Shown in pieces: positions 38,198-49,575 of a DNA stretch of 64,000 bases. The notes under the pieces were generated by a model. The model was given only the letters and a program-made list of their open reading frames with translations. It was not told the origin of the DNA and searched no databases. Position 1 is the first letter of the stretch. Each line of letters starts with the position of its first letter. Source of the stretch: Octopus vulgaris (Eukaryota); contig OX597827.1 in NCBI GenBank assembly GCA_951406725.2, positions 77,438,001-77,502,000 on the forward strand, given 5' to 3'. A program made the position numbers and the translations under genes.

Positions 38198-39989
38198 CCA
38201 TCATTGTCATTTAACCTTTGTTTTCCATGCCGGAATGGGTTTGGCAGGTTGACCGGGGCTGATAAGCCAGAGAGCTGCACCAGGCCCCAGCTGTCTGTTT
38301 TGGCACGGTTTCTACAACTGGATGCCCTTTATGTGGAACCAGCACAGGTGCCTCAGACATGGCACCAGCATGAATGCCTTGTAATAACAACAGACATTTC
38401 AGTAAATTCTTCATTTTCCAAATTATGTGGAACAAAGACAGTTTGTTTCAACAGAAATATGGTAACAAAAGTGCTAATTCATACAGAGAGTCTGTGTTTT
38501 TTGTCAGGAATATGGTCAGGAAACAGTTAAAAACATTCTTCTTCCATTTATCTTTGAAGTTTATCCATTTCTGTTGATATTCAAACTGAAAGAGCTGTGA
38601 AAGCAGCAGCTTTTGTGAACACCATATATGGAGTTTATTAAAATGTATCTTTTTTTTTTTTTTTTTCCTGTATTGCAGATCCCTAGAGACCCCTTCTTAC
38701 CAATGTGCAATGCCAGGTGAATGAGAATCTGCTCCGTGTTCATTACTTTCTATCTGAGAGGAGTGAAAGAAAATCAAACCATTTTTTTTTTAAAAACCAA
38801 CCAGACATCAGCTACTCTTCCCTCCAGTGTCAGTGAAGTACCAGTAATATATTGGGCTACACAGCAAGTTGAAACCAAGGCAGTTTTAAAGATTAAAGTG
38901 TCGGGGCAGAAGACAAGTACTGAAGCCCTTTTCAAAGCAGGACAAAGAACCAGAAGGTTCAACGTTGCAACCGGTTTCTCCTGGATGAAGTTCACTAATT
39001 CTTCTCATGTGCATCACTTCCAACACCAAACCTCGACATTGTTCTATATCTCTGTTTCTCTACTGTTTTACTCGAGGTCTTAAGGACATTCTTCACCCAC
39101 ACCCCTTTCTGCACTCACCCAGTGGAGAATTTTTTTTTTTTAAAGCAAAAAAATAAAAAAAAGGGGACATTCGTTCATCTTTTAGCCACACTCTAAATGC
39201 AATCACTCAATGGACACTGCACTCTACTCGATAGATACACTCGGCATCTCAGGACACCTCTCACTCATCTGCTGCGTACACTCTCCACTACACTCCACTC
39301 TGATCACCTTTCACTCATTGAATATATTTTAATTGCTGTTTTAGTCCCCAACACTGGATATTTTCTTTAGGGGCCTTATCTGAACCCTAAATCAAAATGA
39401 ACACATTTTCAAGTTGATATATTCACATTATTCAAAATATTCCACTCTCATCATTTCTCCAAAGACCCTCATCCTTTTTTTCTTCGCAACAGTCAACAAT
39501 ATGAGAAGCACCAGCCTTTAAGAATTTTCTTCATTTCTTCACCAAATTTCACCGACAGTGACTCTTCCCCATCACTATATATACATCAATATATACATAT
39601 AGTTGTGTATATACTTTTATATATACACTTGTTTTCACCAGAAATCAACTTCAGGAGTATATTTTTGCAATAAATTTGTGGAGGTCATTTTTGGAGCCCA
39701 GGATTCTGTCACAAGTACCCAGTCATTACAACCCTCATATATGTTTCATGTCCAACATTCGTGACGAAAGAAAACTATACACATATCCATACACACATAT
39801 ATATATATTTGTGTGTTGATCTTGGTGGAACTGAAAGTAAGCCAACTACAACAGCTGCCATAACAAGACTATCGTGAACAACAACAGCAACAACAACAAC
39901 TCGAGTATAATCATCCACAGCAACAACAGTAACAGAAGTGAAAGAGAAGGTGAGCGAAAGTATTATTGTATGTATTTTGGAGTGGTACG

Positions 39990-40985
39990 ATGCTAATTAT
40001 GGAGAAACGATTCCACTGCGAGATTTGTGGGAAGAAATTCCTACTGAGTAAAACATTGGAGAAACACCAGAAGACGGCACATGTCAACGACAATGTTGAG
40101 AAGCTGACAGTGGCGCCACTGGTCTTGCAGAGACCAACTTACCAGAATCACCACCATCCTGTGAAAATTCCAAACAGCAGCGTCAGTAATAATAGCAACA
40201 TGGGAGGTCCAGCAGCGGCCGCTTCTGTTATCAGTGGTGGTGGAGGAGGTGGCGGCGGTGCCAGTGGCATGGCTATGGTTGGTGGTGGTGGTGGTGGTGG
40301 TTCTAGTGGTGTTGGTCTCAGTGCTAGTAGTGGTGGTGGTGGTGGTACTGCTAGCAGTGGTGGTGGCAGTGGGTCACTTCCTCCAAATGCGAGAGTTATG
40401 GTCAGCATCAGCGGCAACAGAGCAACGCCCCTTGTCATGGTGAACAACACGCCAGTCCCAGTAACCGAACCGGCTGACGCCGAGACCGACCAGGATGCAG
40501 AAGCCGACGAGGACGGCGATGATGATGGAGATGACGACTCTTCTTCCTCGGCCCCTTCTCCCATGTCTCCTGCACCACAACCGCCTCCACAAGCTCCGCT
40601 GCCCCCACAGCCTGTCACGGCACCGGCCCCGGCTCGCTCTCGGAACACGACGGCATCGACCGCGGCTCGTTCGCGGGCCCGTGCAGCTGCAGCTGCCGCG
40701 ATCCCAAAGTCCGACAACTCCTCCAAGCCCTACCACTGCGACGTATGCACCAAGCAGTTTGCTCGCCGCGGCACGCTGCGCATCCACAAGAGCACTCACT
40801 CCGGAGAGAAACCATTCCACTGTGACATTTGCTCGAAACACTTCGGACAGAAGCATCACCTGAAAACACACAGACGAACTCACACCGGCGAGAAGCCGTT
40901 TCAGTGTGTTATCTGCAGCAAGCAGTTTGCTCGTAGTGACACACTGCTCAGGCACAAACGTATGCATAAGACTAGCGACAACTGA
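39990..40985 (+). CDS. C2H2 zinc-finger transcription factor (~331 aa): 1 N-terminal finger, a Gly-rich/acidic/Pro-Ala linker and 3 C-terminal Kruppel-linked fingers
   Basis: Uninterrupted ORF with ATG at 39990 (alternative 39999). Fingers: FHCEICGKKF..H...AH; YHCDVCTKQFARRGTLRIHKSTH-SGEKP-FHCDICSKHFGQKHHLKTHRRTH-TGEKP-FQCVICSKQFARSDTLLRHKRMH. GC-rich relative to its flanks. Confidence 0.93.
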   Translation: MLIMEKRFHCEICGKKFLLSKTLEKHQKTAHVNDNVEKLTVAPLVLQRPTYQNHHHPVKIPNSSVSNNSNMGGPAAAASVISGGGGGGGGASGMAMVGGGGGGGSSGVGLSASSGGGGGTASSGGGSGSLPPNARVMVSISGNRATPLVMVNNTPVPVTEPADAETDQDAEADEDGDDDGDDDSSSSAPSPMSPAPQPPPQAPLPPQPVTAPAPARSRNTTASTAARSRARAAAAAAIPKSDNSSKPYHCDVCTKQFARRGTLRIHKSTHSGEKPFHCDICSKHFGQKHHLKTHRRTHTGEKPFQCVICSKQFARSDTLLRHKRMHKTSDN

Positions 40986-41148
40986 GAATGGTTCCTACAC
41001 ATCCATAAAACACACAACACACGCTAATACACACTCTCTACTTTTCTACTTTATGTATATGTGTATCTATCTATGTATGTACATATATGTATGTATGTAT
41101 ACATATGTATATATATATATATATATAAATAAGTTCAGCAAGATTTAG

Positions 41149-41362
41149 ATAATCAAAATAAGCAACAAGGATATCCAAGGTAGTGTAGTACAATCGTTTC
41201 ATGCTACTTCATTTTATTAAACACTAAGTATTACATCAGTTTTAAATGCCTGAAGATTGCTCGACATTTTAAAACTGATGTAATACTTACAGTGTTTAAT
41301 AAAATGAAGTAGCATGAAACGATTGTACTACACCACCTTGGATATCCTTGTTGCTTATTTTG

Positions 41363-41367
<5 letters not shown>
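41149..41367. repeat. Long palindrome (~100-bp arms, ~16-nt loop) in the probable 3' UTR of the + ZNF gene
   Basis: 41149-41248 pairs with 41265-41367, with one A:C mismatch and small bulges. A diverged single arm occurs at ~23381-23445. Confidence 0.93.
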
Positions 41368-41400
<33 letters not shown>

Positions 41401-41728
41401 CATATGTATATGTATACATACACAGATACTCACATGCGCGTATATATAATTATGCGTATGTATGTGTACACACACCTATGACACGCGCATATGCGTCTCT
41501 TCACCATACCTCCCATTTCTGTATCTCTTCTTTACATGTGACCTTCACTCAAACAAACACCTCCATCACATCTCCACCCATCCCGTTGTGCAGGGTTTTT
41601 CACACACACCCCCCATCTCCGATCCCCCAATATCTTTTTCCTTCTCTCTTCCCCCACCCCGACACCCTTACATAGTTGGGTTTTTTTTTTTTTCCTTTTT
41701 CATTTTCTTATTTTTCAGGCATTTGAAA

Positions 41729-41764
<36 letters not shown>

Positions 41765-42076
41765 AGACAGGAACAAAATATACAGAAACCACAAAAAAAA
41801 AACAGCCAAGCAAAAAAACAAAAACAGTAATAACATCAACAAAAGTCTCCCTTTTTGTCTGATTTTTTTATAAAAAATTGAATTGATAATATGATGAAAT
41901 GACATATATACATACCTTTGTGTATATATATATATACACATACATACACATAGTTGTGTGAATGTGTGTGTATGTATATATATATATATATACACACACA
42001 CACATTCACATATATATGTATGTGTATAAGTGTGTATATATATATACACACATTCACATATGTATGTGTATAAGTG

Positions 42077-42114
<38 letters not shown>

Positions 42115-44242
42115 TGTGTGTATTACTGACAAAGATCAAGAAACTGTAATGGTGATGAAACAATTACATGTTACACTGTGTCACATGTTTACAATACGCC
42201 ACATGTCGCAACATGTTACACACCATGCTACATGGATTTTACTTTGAAAACAAACAAAAGTTGAAAGACGAGGAGGCGGGAAATGATAGTAACGATGATG
42301 ATGATGATGATAATAATAATCACCCAAAACATTGCTAATTGGGTTTTGTTTTATACCATTTGCCAACCATGAGCAATAATAATAATAACAATAAGGTTGA
42401 TGTGATGTCGGAATGGCTGGGAGATGAAGATAAGGTGTGTCTGTGTGGGGGGGCACTTATGGACCTTCCTGGCTATTATAAGGTCAAGCCTTACAGCTAC
42501 CGTAGCCACTGCAAGTCATACTGTTATTTCAGCCATTATTTTGGGTCATTAGGTAAGACTCTCGTCTCTCTCTCTCTCCTTGCTCTGCCTCTCTGACAAA
42601 GCACGGTTCCACTTCCTCCTTCACAACATGTGTCTGGGATGTAGATGTTAAAATGAACGTATATATACAGAAATATTTGCTCCAAAAGTGAAAAATGAAT
42701 TTTTTTTTTTTTTTTTTTTACTAGAAAAACAAAAATTATAAATGATAATAATAATAATAACAATAATAATAAACACCTCCTCATCTCTAAAAAAAAAAAA
42801 AATTTGATTTAAAACAGAAAATGAAAATGAAATAACAATTATTATTATTATTATTGTTATTATTATTATTATCTAAAAATGAAATGTTTTTTTTCCCCGC
42901 CCCCCCAACAATGTTTTTAAACTGTAAAATGTGGAGATTTGTTTCAAACGACAAACTAAAGACAATTAAAGACAAAAAACAAAAAAAAAATGAGAGAGAA
43001 AACAAACAAATATCATCAACAAAAAGAGAGGGGGGGTTTAATTAAAGTGAAGCACAGGAATGACTGTGTGGTATTTTACTTTTCTGTTTTTTTTGTTGTG
43101 TGTTTATTTTTGTTGTTGTTGTTGTTGCATCTCTTTTTTTCTGTTTCGTTTCTTCCCGTTCCTGGGATTTTCTAGAAAGAATCTAAGCAGAAAACACAGA
43201 CAGGATTTTCCTTTGGAGTTTGATAGATCGACAGGTGATGTGCATTGGCTGAATCGGTAGAGCATCAGACAAAATAATAATTGTTTTGTATTTAGATTTC
43301 TGCTCTTTGTGGTCGGAGTTCAAATCCTGCTGAGGTCAACTTTGTATTTTTTTTTTTCTTTCTTAATCATCATCAACATCATTTAACATCTGCTTTCCAT
43401 TGCTGCAGGGTCCATAGTCTGTTTTAATTTGGTTTCTATAGTTGGATGCCCTTCCTAATGCCGACCACTTTACAGAGTGTATTGGGTGCTTTTTACATGG
43501 CACCGTCACCTGTCCTTTCTGGGTGTTGGGTGATGAAACGTGGATGGGGAGAGAAGGTTGACAAGCATAGAGCCCTTCAAAAGTTGATAAAAAATACCAT
43601 TGAGATACTGGGGTTGATTTAATATTCCTTTAAGGTGTATATGTGTATACACACAGGCATATACATATCATTTAATGTCCATGACCCATACAGGAATAGT
43701 TTGAATGGTTTGAGGAGATCCAATGAGCTGCCGGTCGGCATTGAGCTCTGGTATTAGCTTTTGCATGCTTTCTATGGCTTCCTAATCCCCAACCACTCTA
43801 CAGAATGTACTATGCTCCTTTCATGGCATCGGCACGAGACAAGACTCCTCACATACATACATACATACATGTCTGTGTATATATATCTATATATGTATAG
43901 AAATATATATCACCGCCTTGACTGGCTTCCGTGCTGGTGGCACATAAAAAGCACCATCTGATCGAGGTTGATGCCAACCCCCTCTGACTCCCTTGCTGGT
44001 GGCATGTAAAAGCACTTTCCAAATGTGATTGAGGCCAGCCCCCTCTGGCCCCTTGTGCCAGTGGCATGTGAAAAAGAATTCACTACACACTTGGAGTGGT
44101 TGGCGTTAGGAAAGGCATCCAGCTGTAGAAACACTACCAGATCAGACTGGAGCCTGGTGCAACTTCCTGGCTTCTCAGACCCGGTCGAACCGTCCAACCC
44201 ATGCCAGCATGGAAAACGGACATTGAATGATGATGATGATAT

Positions 44243-44446
44243 TCTTTCTTTATTCTTTTACTTGTTTCAGTCATTTGACTGCGGCCATGCTGGAGCACTG
44301 CCTTTAATCGAGCAACTCGACCCCGGGACTTGTTCTTTGTAAGCCCAGTACTTATTCTATCGGTCTCTTTTGCCGAACCACTAAGTGACGGGGACATAAA
44401 CACACCAGCATCGGTTGTCAAGCAATGCTAGGGGGACAAACACAGG

Positions 44447-44481
<35 letters not shown>

Positions 44482-44643
44482 GATGGGCTTCTTACAGTTT
44501 CCGTCTACCAAATCCACTCACAAGGCTTTGGTCGGCCCGAGGCTATAGTAGAAGACACTTGCCCAAGGTGCTACACAGTGGGACTGAACCCGGAACCATG
44601 TGGTTGGTAAAAAAGCTACTTACCACATAGCCACTCCTGCACC
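44243..44643 (-). mobile_element. SINE family B, full length
   Basis: Head GGTGCAGGAGTGGCTATGTGGTAAG..GGGTTCAGTCCC, core CCTTGGGCAAGTG and tail GACTGAAACAAGTAAAAGAATAAA on the minus strand. Confidence 0.85.
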
Positions 44644-45788
44644 TATATATATATATAATATATAATTGGAGTTTCTCGATTGAAAAGAGATGCTAAAATA
44701 GTGATGTGGTGGGAAAGGGTTCAATTCTTGTTTGGTTTATGATTGCTCATAAGAGTTGGGCAGTAGTGATTTCTCTCTGATTGTTCCCCAACCCTCTACA
44801 ACCTTTCAGGCAAGCTCCCACCACCACTGCTTAATGGTAGGGTATTGGCTAAATCTTTAAAGCATCAGATAAAATACCTTGTGGTATTTGCTTCAACTGT
44901 GCTGTTGGAGTTCAAATCCCATTAAGGGTTCAACTTTCACTTTCGTCCTTCCAGGGGCAATAAAACTGTTCCGATTCAAGACAGTAGATTAGTGGGAGTG
45001 GAAGAATGCCAGGCTGGATCCCGTGTGGTATTTATTCCAGCTGTTTGCATTCAGATTTCACCATGGCTTACTTAAGTGATAAACTTGACCTTTAGCACAC
45101 TATAGGTGCAACATGTCACCATATGAGTTTTCTCCCCTCTCAATGCAACACATTGTGCCTGCAGCTACAATGGAGAACACTTGTACAGCAACATGATGTG
45201 CCAAAGTTTAATCTGTCACCCACTTGGTCCCTTTGATAACTTTACAGCCCCCCCCCTCAACTCTGTTGCAACCATTTGATGTAGGTCTCTTGTTTGAAGA
45301 TACCCACCTCCCTTCTAACCAGTTGAGGCCCTCTAAAGAGTCATGAGCACAGCCCTTCCCTCCTCACTAAAAGACAAGAAATTATGGAACACCACTCCCA
45401 TGTCTAGGACAGTGCTACTGTTAAATGGAAAATAAACATAGGCAAGACTGTGTGGCAAAAAGTTTACCTCTCAACCACATGGATCTGGGTTCAGTCCTAC
45501 TACGTGAAACTTTAGGAAGGGTCTTCTATTGCAGCAGAGGTTCGCAACCATTTTTTACCTATGGACCTCTTTGATTCTGGTGGACCCTCATAGACATTCA
45601 ATGTTTAAAAAATCCTAATGTATTTTTATTATTAAATATAGCCTTGGGCCAACCAAAGCCTTGTCAGTGGATTTGAGTAAGCAAAAGCTGAAGAAAGCCC
45701 GTTATACAATATATATATAGTATAAAAGATCGTGGGTAAGGCCAAAACAATGCAAAGTAATCATTCCATTATAATATATATAAACAGA

Positions 45789-47031
45789 CAGGGTGTGGTG
45801 AATAAACTTGTCCAAATTATACAAAAATGATAATAACACTGACATCTCATTTTCACAGATATATTTACCAAAATTACATTAAAATATCTTGAAATACTAA
45901 AGAGTAAATTTATTCAATAAAAATCGCCATTGGCTTCAACCGCGGCATCCAGATGATTTCGGAATCTCCTGCAACTCTTCTGAATGGTCTCCTTGTTAAG
46001 TTGGTCAAGGCTGCCATAATCCTTGCCTTCTGTTCATCTTTCGTGTTAGGAGTTTTCATGGTCTCTCACTCAACTGTGCCCTACATATAATAATCAAAGG
46101 GTTGCAGTCTGGGGAGTTGGGTGGCCAGATGTTAGGTGTGATGTGGTCGCAGAAATTGTCTGACAGCCATGACTGGGTTCTGCTTGTGTGGCATGGTGCT
46201 GAGTCCTGTTGCCAGACATGGGGTCTTCCGGCAGCCACCCTCATGACCTAGGGAAGCACTGCCTCCTCTAGGCACTTAATGTAAGCCTCCATGTTGAGTC
46301 TGAGGCTGTGTGGAAAGATGAATGGAAGCATAACATCGCCATCACTCCAAACACTATGATATTGACTGGATGTTTGATTTTTATCACTCTCAGTACATGT
46401 TTTGAGGACATGGCAAGCCAACGGTTGTTCTGTGTTCATCTGATACTGGCAGAAATTTTTCTCGTCTGAGAAGAACCAACCAAAGCATGTTCAGTTGGAG
46501 AAGATGCTTGAGTTTGTTCAAAAGCTTCGTAGCGCGGTCTTTCCTCTTGTCGTTGATGGCTTGGGATAAAAATTGGCCCTTTGTCGTCTTGTATGAGAAA
46601 TACTGAATGTCTTCAAGCACTACCTGCCTGATAAGAAACTCAGACACCACCATGTCCCTGGCAATGAATCTGATTGACTTGGAGGGATCATTGTCAATCG
46701 TGGCCTGGATCTCACCAACAAATTCAGGAGTTCTTTTCTTATCAGAGTGAGTTTTCTAAGCTGCCATACCTTCACAATCAGCATTAGACTCATCCAACTC
46801 TTTCCAAACACTCGGAAACGTTTGTATTGGAGCTTCTGGCACAAATGCCAAGCAGTGCAGCATGTTGTTTCCTAATTTCTGGCAAAATGAATTGCATTAT
46901 GGTGCTGTTTTTATCACAGACAGTGCCCAACTGACCCTACTATACTGTGTAGTTGACAAAATCAATGGCAAACAACACACATCCACAAAATTAAAAATAT
47001 AAAATGGTGACAATTTACCCATCGCACCCTG
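45789..47031 (-). mobile_element. Decayed full-length DD37D (maT-like) Tc1/mariner-superfamily transposon
   Basis: Ends CAGGGTG..CACCCTG followed by TA on the right, 1243 bp. Frameshifted transposase motifs FFSDEKNF, WSDGDVMLPFIF and WQQDSAPCHTS..WPPNSPDCNPL, with ~36-37 aa between the 2nd and 3rd catalytic positions. Confidence 0.85.
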
Positions 47032-47805
47032 TATATATATATATATATGAATGTATATATATATATATCTAGCTGTAGAAACACCGCCAGATCTGACTGG
47101 CCTGATACAGCCTTCTGGCTTCCCAGACCCCAGTTAAACCGTCCAACCCATGCTAGCATGGAAAGCGGACGTTAAACGATGATGATGATGATGTATTTGT
47201 GTTTGTTCCCTTCCACTGCTTGACAACCAGTGTTGGTGTGTTTACATCCCTGTAACTTAGCATTTTGGCCAAAGAGACTGATAGAATAAGTACCAGGGCC
47301 AATCGATTCAGCTAAAAAATTCTTCATGGTGGTGCTCCCGCTTGGGCTGCAGTCTAATGACTGAAAACAAGATGAAAGATAAAAGCCATCCAAGACTGAA
47401 TTTATTTGGCCCATTTCCGTCATTGTCTGCAATCCACCCACGAAGTGTGGCTGCTTGGTAAAGGGGTTTGCTGGGCCCTTGCATGGTTTGTGGTTCAACT
47501 AAAACAGGAACGAAAGGGGTCCATAAGTAAAAACTGGTCTAAACGGGATCAGACATTTCCTGGAACACTCAGCCTTTTGTGTTTCATGTTGCCTTTGGTC
47601 TTGCATCCAGAACAGAGTCATCACCATCTGCATCATCTCGTCATCGTTTTGATGTCCACCTTTCTTCGTTTGCGTGGGTTGGACGGAATTTGTTGAGCTG
47701 ACATGCCCTGTCATGTCACCAATGTTCAATTCTTTCTAAGCAAGGTAGTAATATATCCTCAAAGCCAGACAAGGGTACACACATGCATACACACCATTTT
47801 TTCAA

Positions 47806-48035
47806 TACATTATTTACATTTGACAGATATTTGTCCTCATCTTGTTTGTTGTTAATACAACGTTTCGGCTGATATACCCTCCAGCCTTCTTCAGGTGTCT
47901 TGGGGAAATTTCGAACCTGGGTTCTCATTCCTAAGGAATTTTATCGATGTTATTATTATTCAGGTCACTACCTGGAATCGAACTTGGAGTCTTGGGGTTA
48001 GTAGCCCATGCTCTTAACCAATACACCATATGCCC
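47806..48035 (-). mobile_element. tRNA-headed short retroelement carrying a minimal hammerhead ribozyme (copy 1)
   Basis: Minus strand: GGGCATATGGTGTATTGGTT (A-box), GTTCGATTCC (B-box), then the hammerhead. Inverted homolog of 49576-49807. Confidence 0.8.
47854..47899 (-). ncRNA. Minimal type I hammerhead ribozyme motif
   Basis: gacac-CUGAAGA-a-GGCUG-gaggguauau-CAGCC-GAAA-cg-UU-guauu; stem I has one mismatch. Confidence 0.7.
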
Positions 48036-48247
48036 AATGGGCATATGTATATAATTCCTCATCTCTTAAATAGAACTGTTTTTCAAATGTTCAGTCATAA
48101 TAAAAACATTACGGAGATGTACTTACATAGCAAGTGACCTGATCTGAGATCGTGTGCTGGATCAAAAACAATTGCAGTGTGGAAGGTGTTTATAAGCCAT
48201 TTAAGAAACACAAAAACCGTTAGATTCACTTCAACATTTAAATTTAA

Positions 48248-48298
48248 TTTGTCAAAATATTTTCGTCGCTTTGAGACTGCGACCTGTTCACTGACAAA
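48248..48298 (-). ncRNA. Minimal type I hammerhead-like motif with a G3:C8 core swap
   Basis: uuuguca-GUGAACA-g-GUCGC-agucucaaa-GCGAC-GAAA-auau-UU-ugacaaa: 7-bp stem I, 5-bp stem II and palindromic stem III (AAUAUU). Confidence 0.65.
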
Positions 48299-49575
48299 AT
48301 TCCGTGCAGCACTTATTGAGAAAGAGCATTGTCTTACCTTATCCCAGGGTGATGAAAGACATACAGATTTTAGATTAGGGATACAGTGTCCCTTCGTATC
48401 ATGACAGACCACTAAAAGGGTTAGCAATGAGAAAGAACCAGGCCATAAAATTTTGCCTTAGAATACCAGGCCCACCCAATTCATACCAGCATTAAAAAAG
48501 GGGGTGGGGCTGAAACTATAACAATGGCTCCAGGCATAGAATCTGGAGGAATTTTTAGCTAAAATTATTGAATCTGAATAAATGCCATAACCAGTATTCC
48601 GAGTTTGTCAAAATGATATTGAATTTTTATTCAGTTTCATTAAGTATTTTCATTAAATTTTGTTTAAATATTTCTTACAAATGAAGGACCACCTGACTAA
48701 ATGATATTCAATCACTCACAGACACCCACCTGCCTCTCTCACACAGGTGTGCCATCTCCTCTTTATAACTTTTAAATCAAGACATTTTTTTTATTAATTA
48801 CATTTTATAATTGTATTTTAGAAATTTACATGGTGTGGTGGTTGGGGTCGATAAGTTATCAATGATTCCACAAAGGGGTCAATGATGTATGGAGTTTTGC
48901 TGATCCCTGAGTTAGAGACACGAGTTAGATGACAACACTTTTCCTGTTGTTTAATATTTTAGCAGAGTTATGTGCCTTGCATAGAGGCACAGAGTCACTG
49001 TCGTATTTGTTGTTGTTGTTTAACCACCGGCTGACCTTGATCCAGCAGACCTATGATCAAAAGCATCCCAACTGTGGTTATTCTTTTGATGTAGTCCTAT
49101 TTTTCTAAGGAGTTACAGCGCAAGTGTTCAAGATTTAGCTGCTATTTCTAACAGACCAGGTGACCACATATTTACTTCCTTGTTGATTCACTACAACGGC
49201 TGGAGTGGAGTACAGTTTGAACTCCCGATCTTTTGGTCAGGAATTCAGCACCCTACCCATGCATCTTGCTATGATGCACTATTTAGTGACAAAACACTAA
49301 AAAACAAAAGATAACCATTTGGTATGTTGGCAGCAGTGTGTGGTTTCAATCCCTGGCCAAAGCCATTCCCCTTTATTCATGTCAGGCATGGCTGTGTGAT
49401 TAAGACGTTTGCTTTGCAACCATGTGGCTTCAGGTTCAACCCCACTGCATGGCACCTTGGGCTAGGGTCTTCTACTATAGCCCCAGACCAACCAATGCCT
49501 CGTAAGTAAATTTGGTATATAGAAGCTCTTAACCACTATGCCATATGCCCTAAAATTCACTCCATAATTACCCAT

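Noticed and set aside
40148-40967. Long overlapping ORFs (192 and 197 aa on minus, 122 aa on plus)
   Set aside because: They are shadow frames of the GC-rich ZNF coding exon and carry no domains.
41276-41330. CTGATG..GAAAC in the 3' UTR hairpin arm (also CTGAAGA at 17104 and CTGATGA at 13148) as further hammerheads
   Set aside because: The core is incomplete, or there is no stem II closed by GAAA and no stem I.
46056-46844. Four short minus-strand ORFs as separate genes
   Set aside because: They are frameshifted pieces of one dead DD37D transposase.
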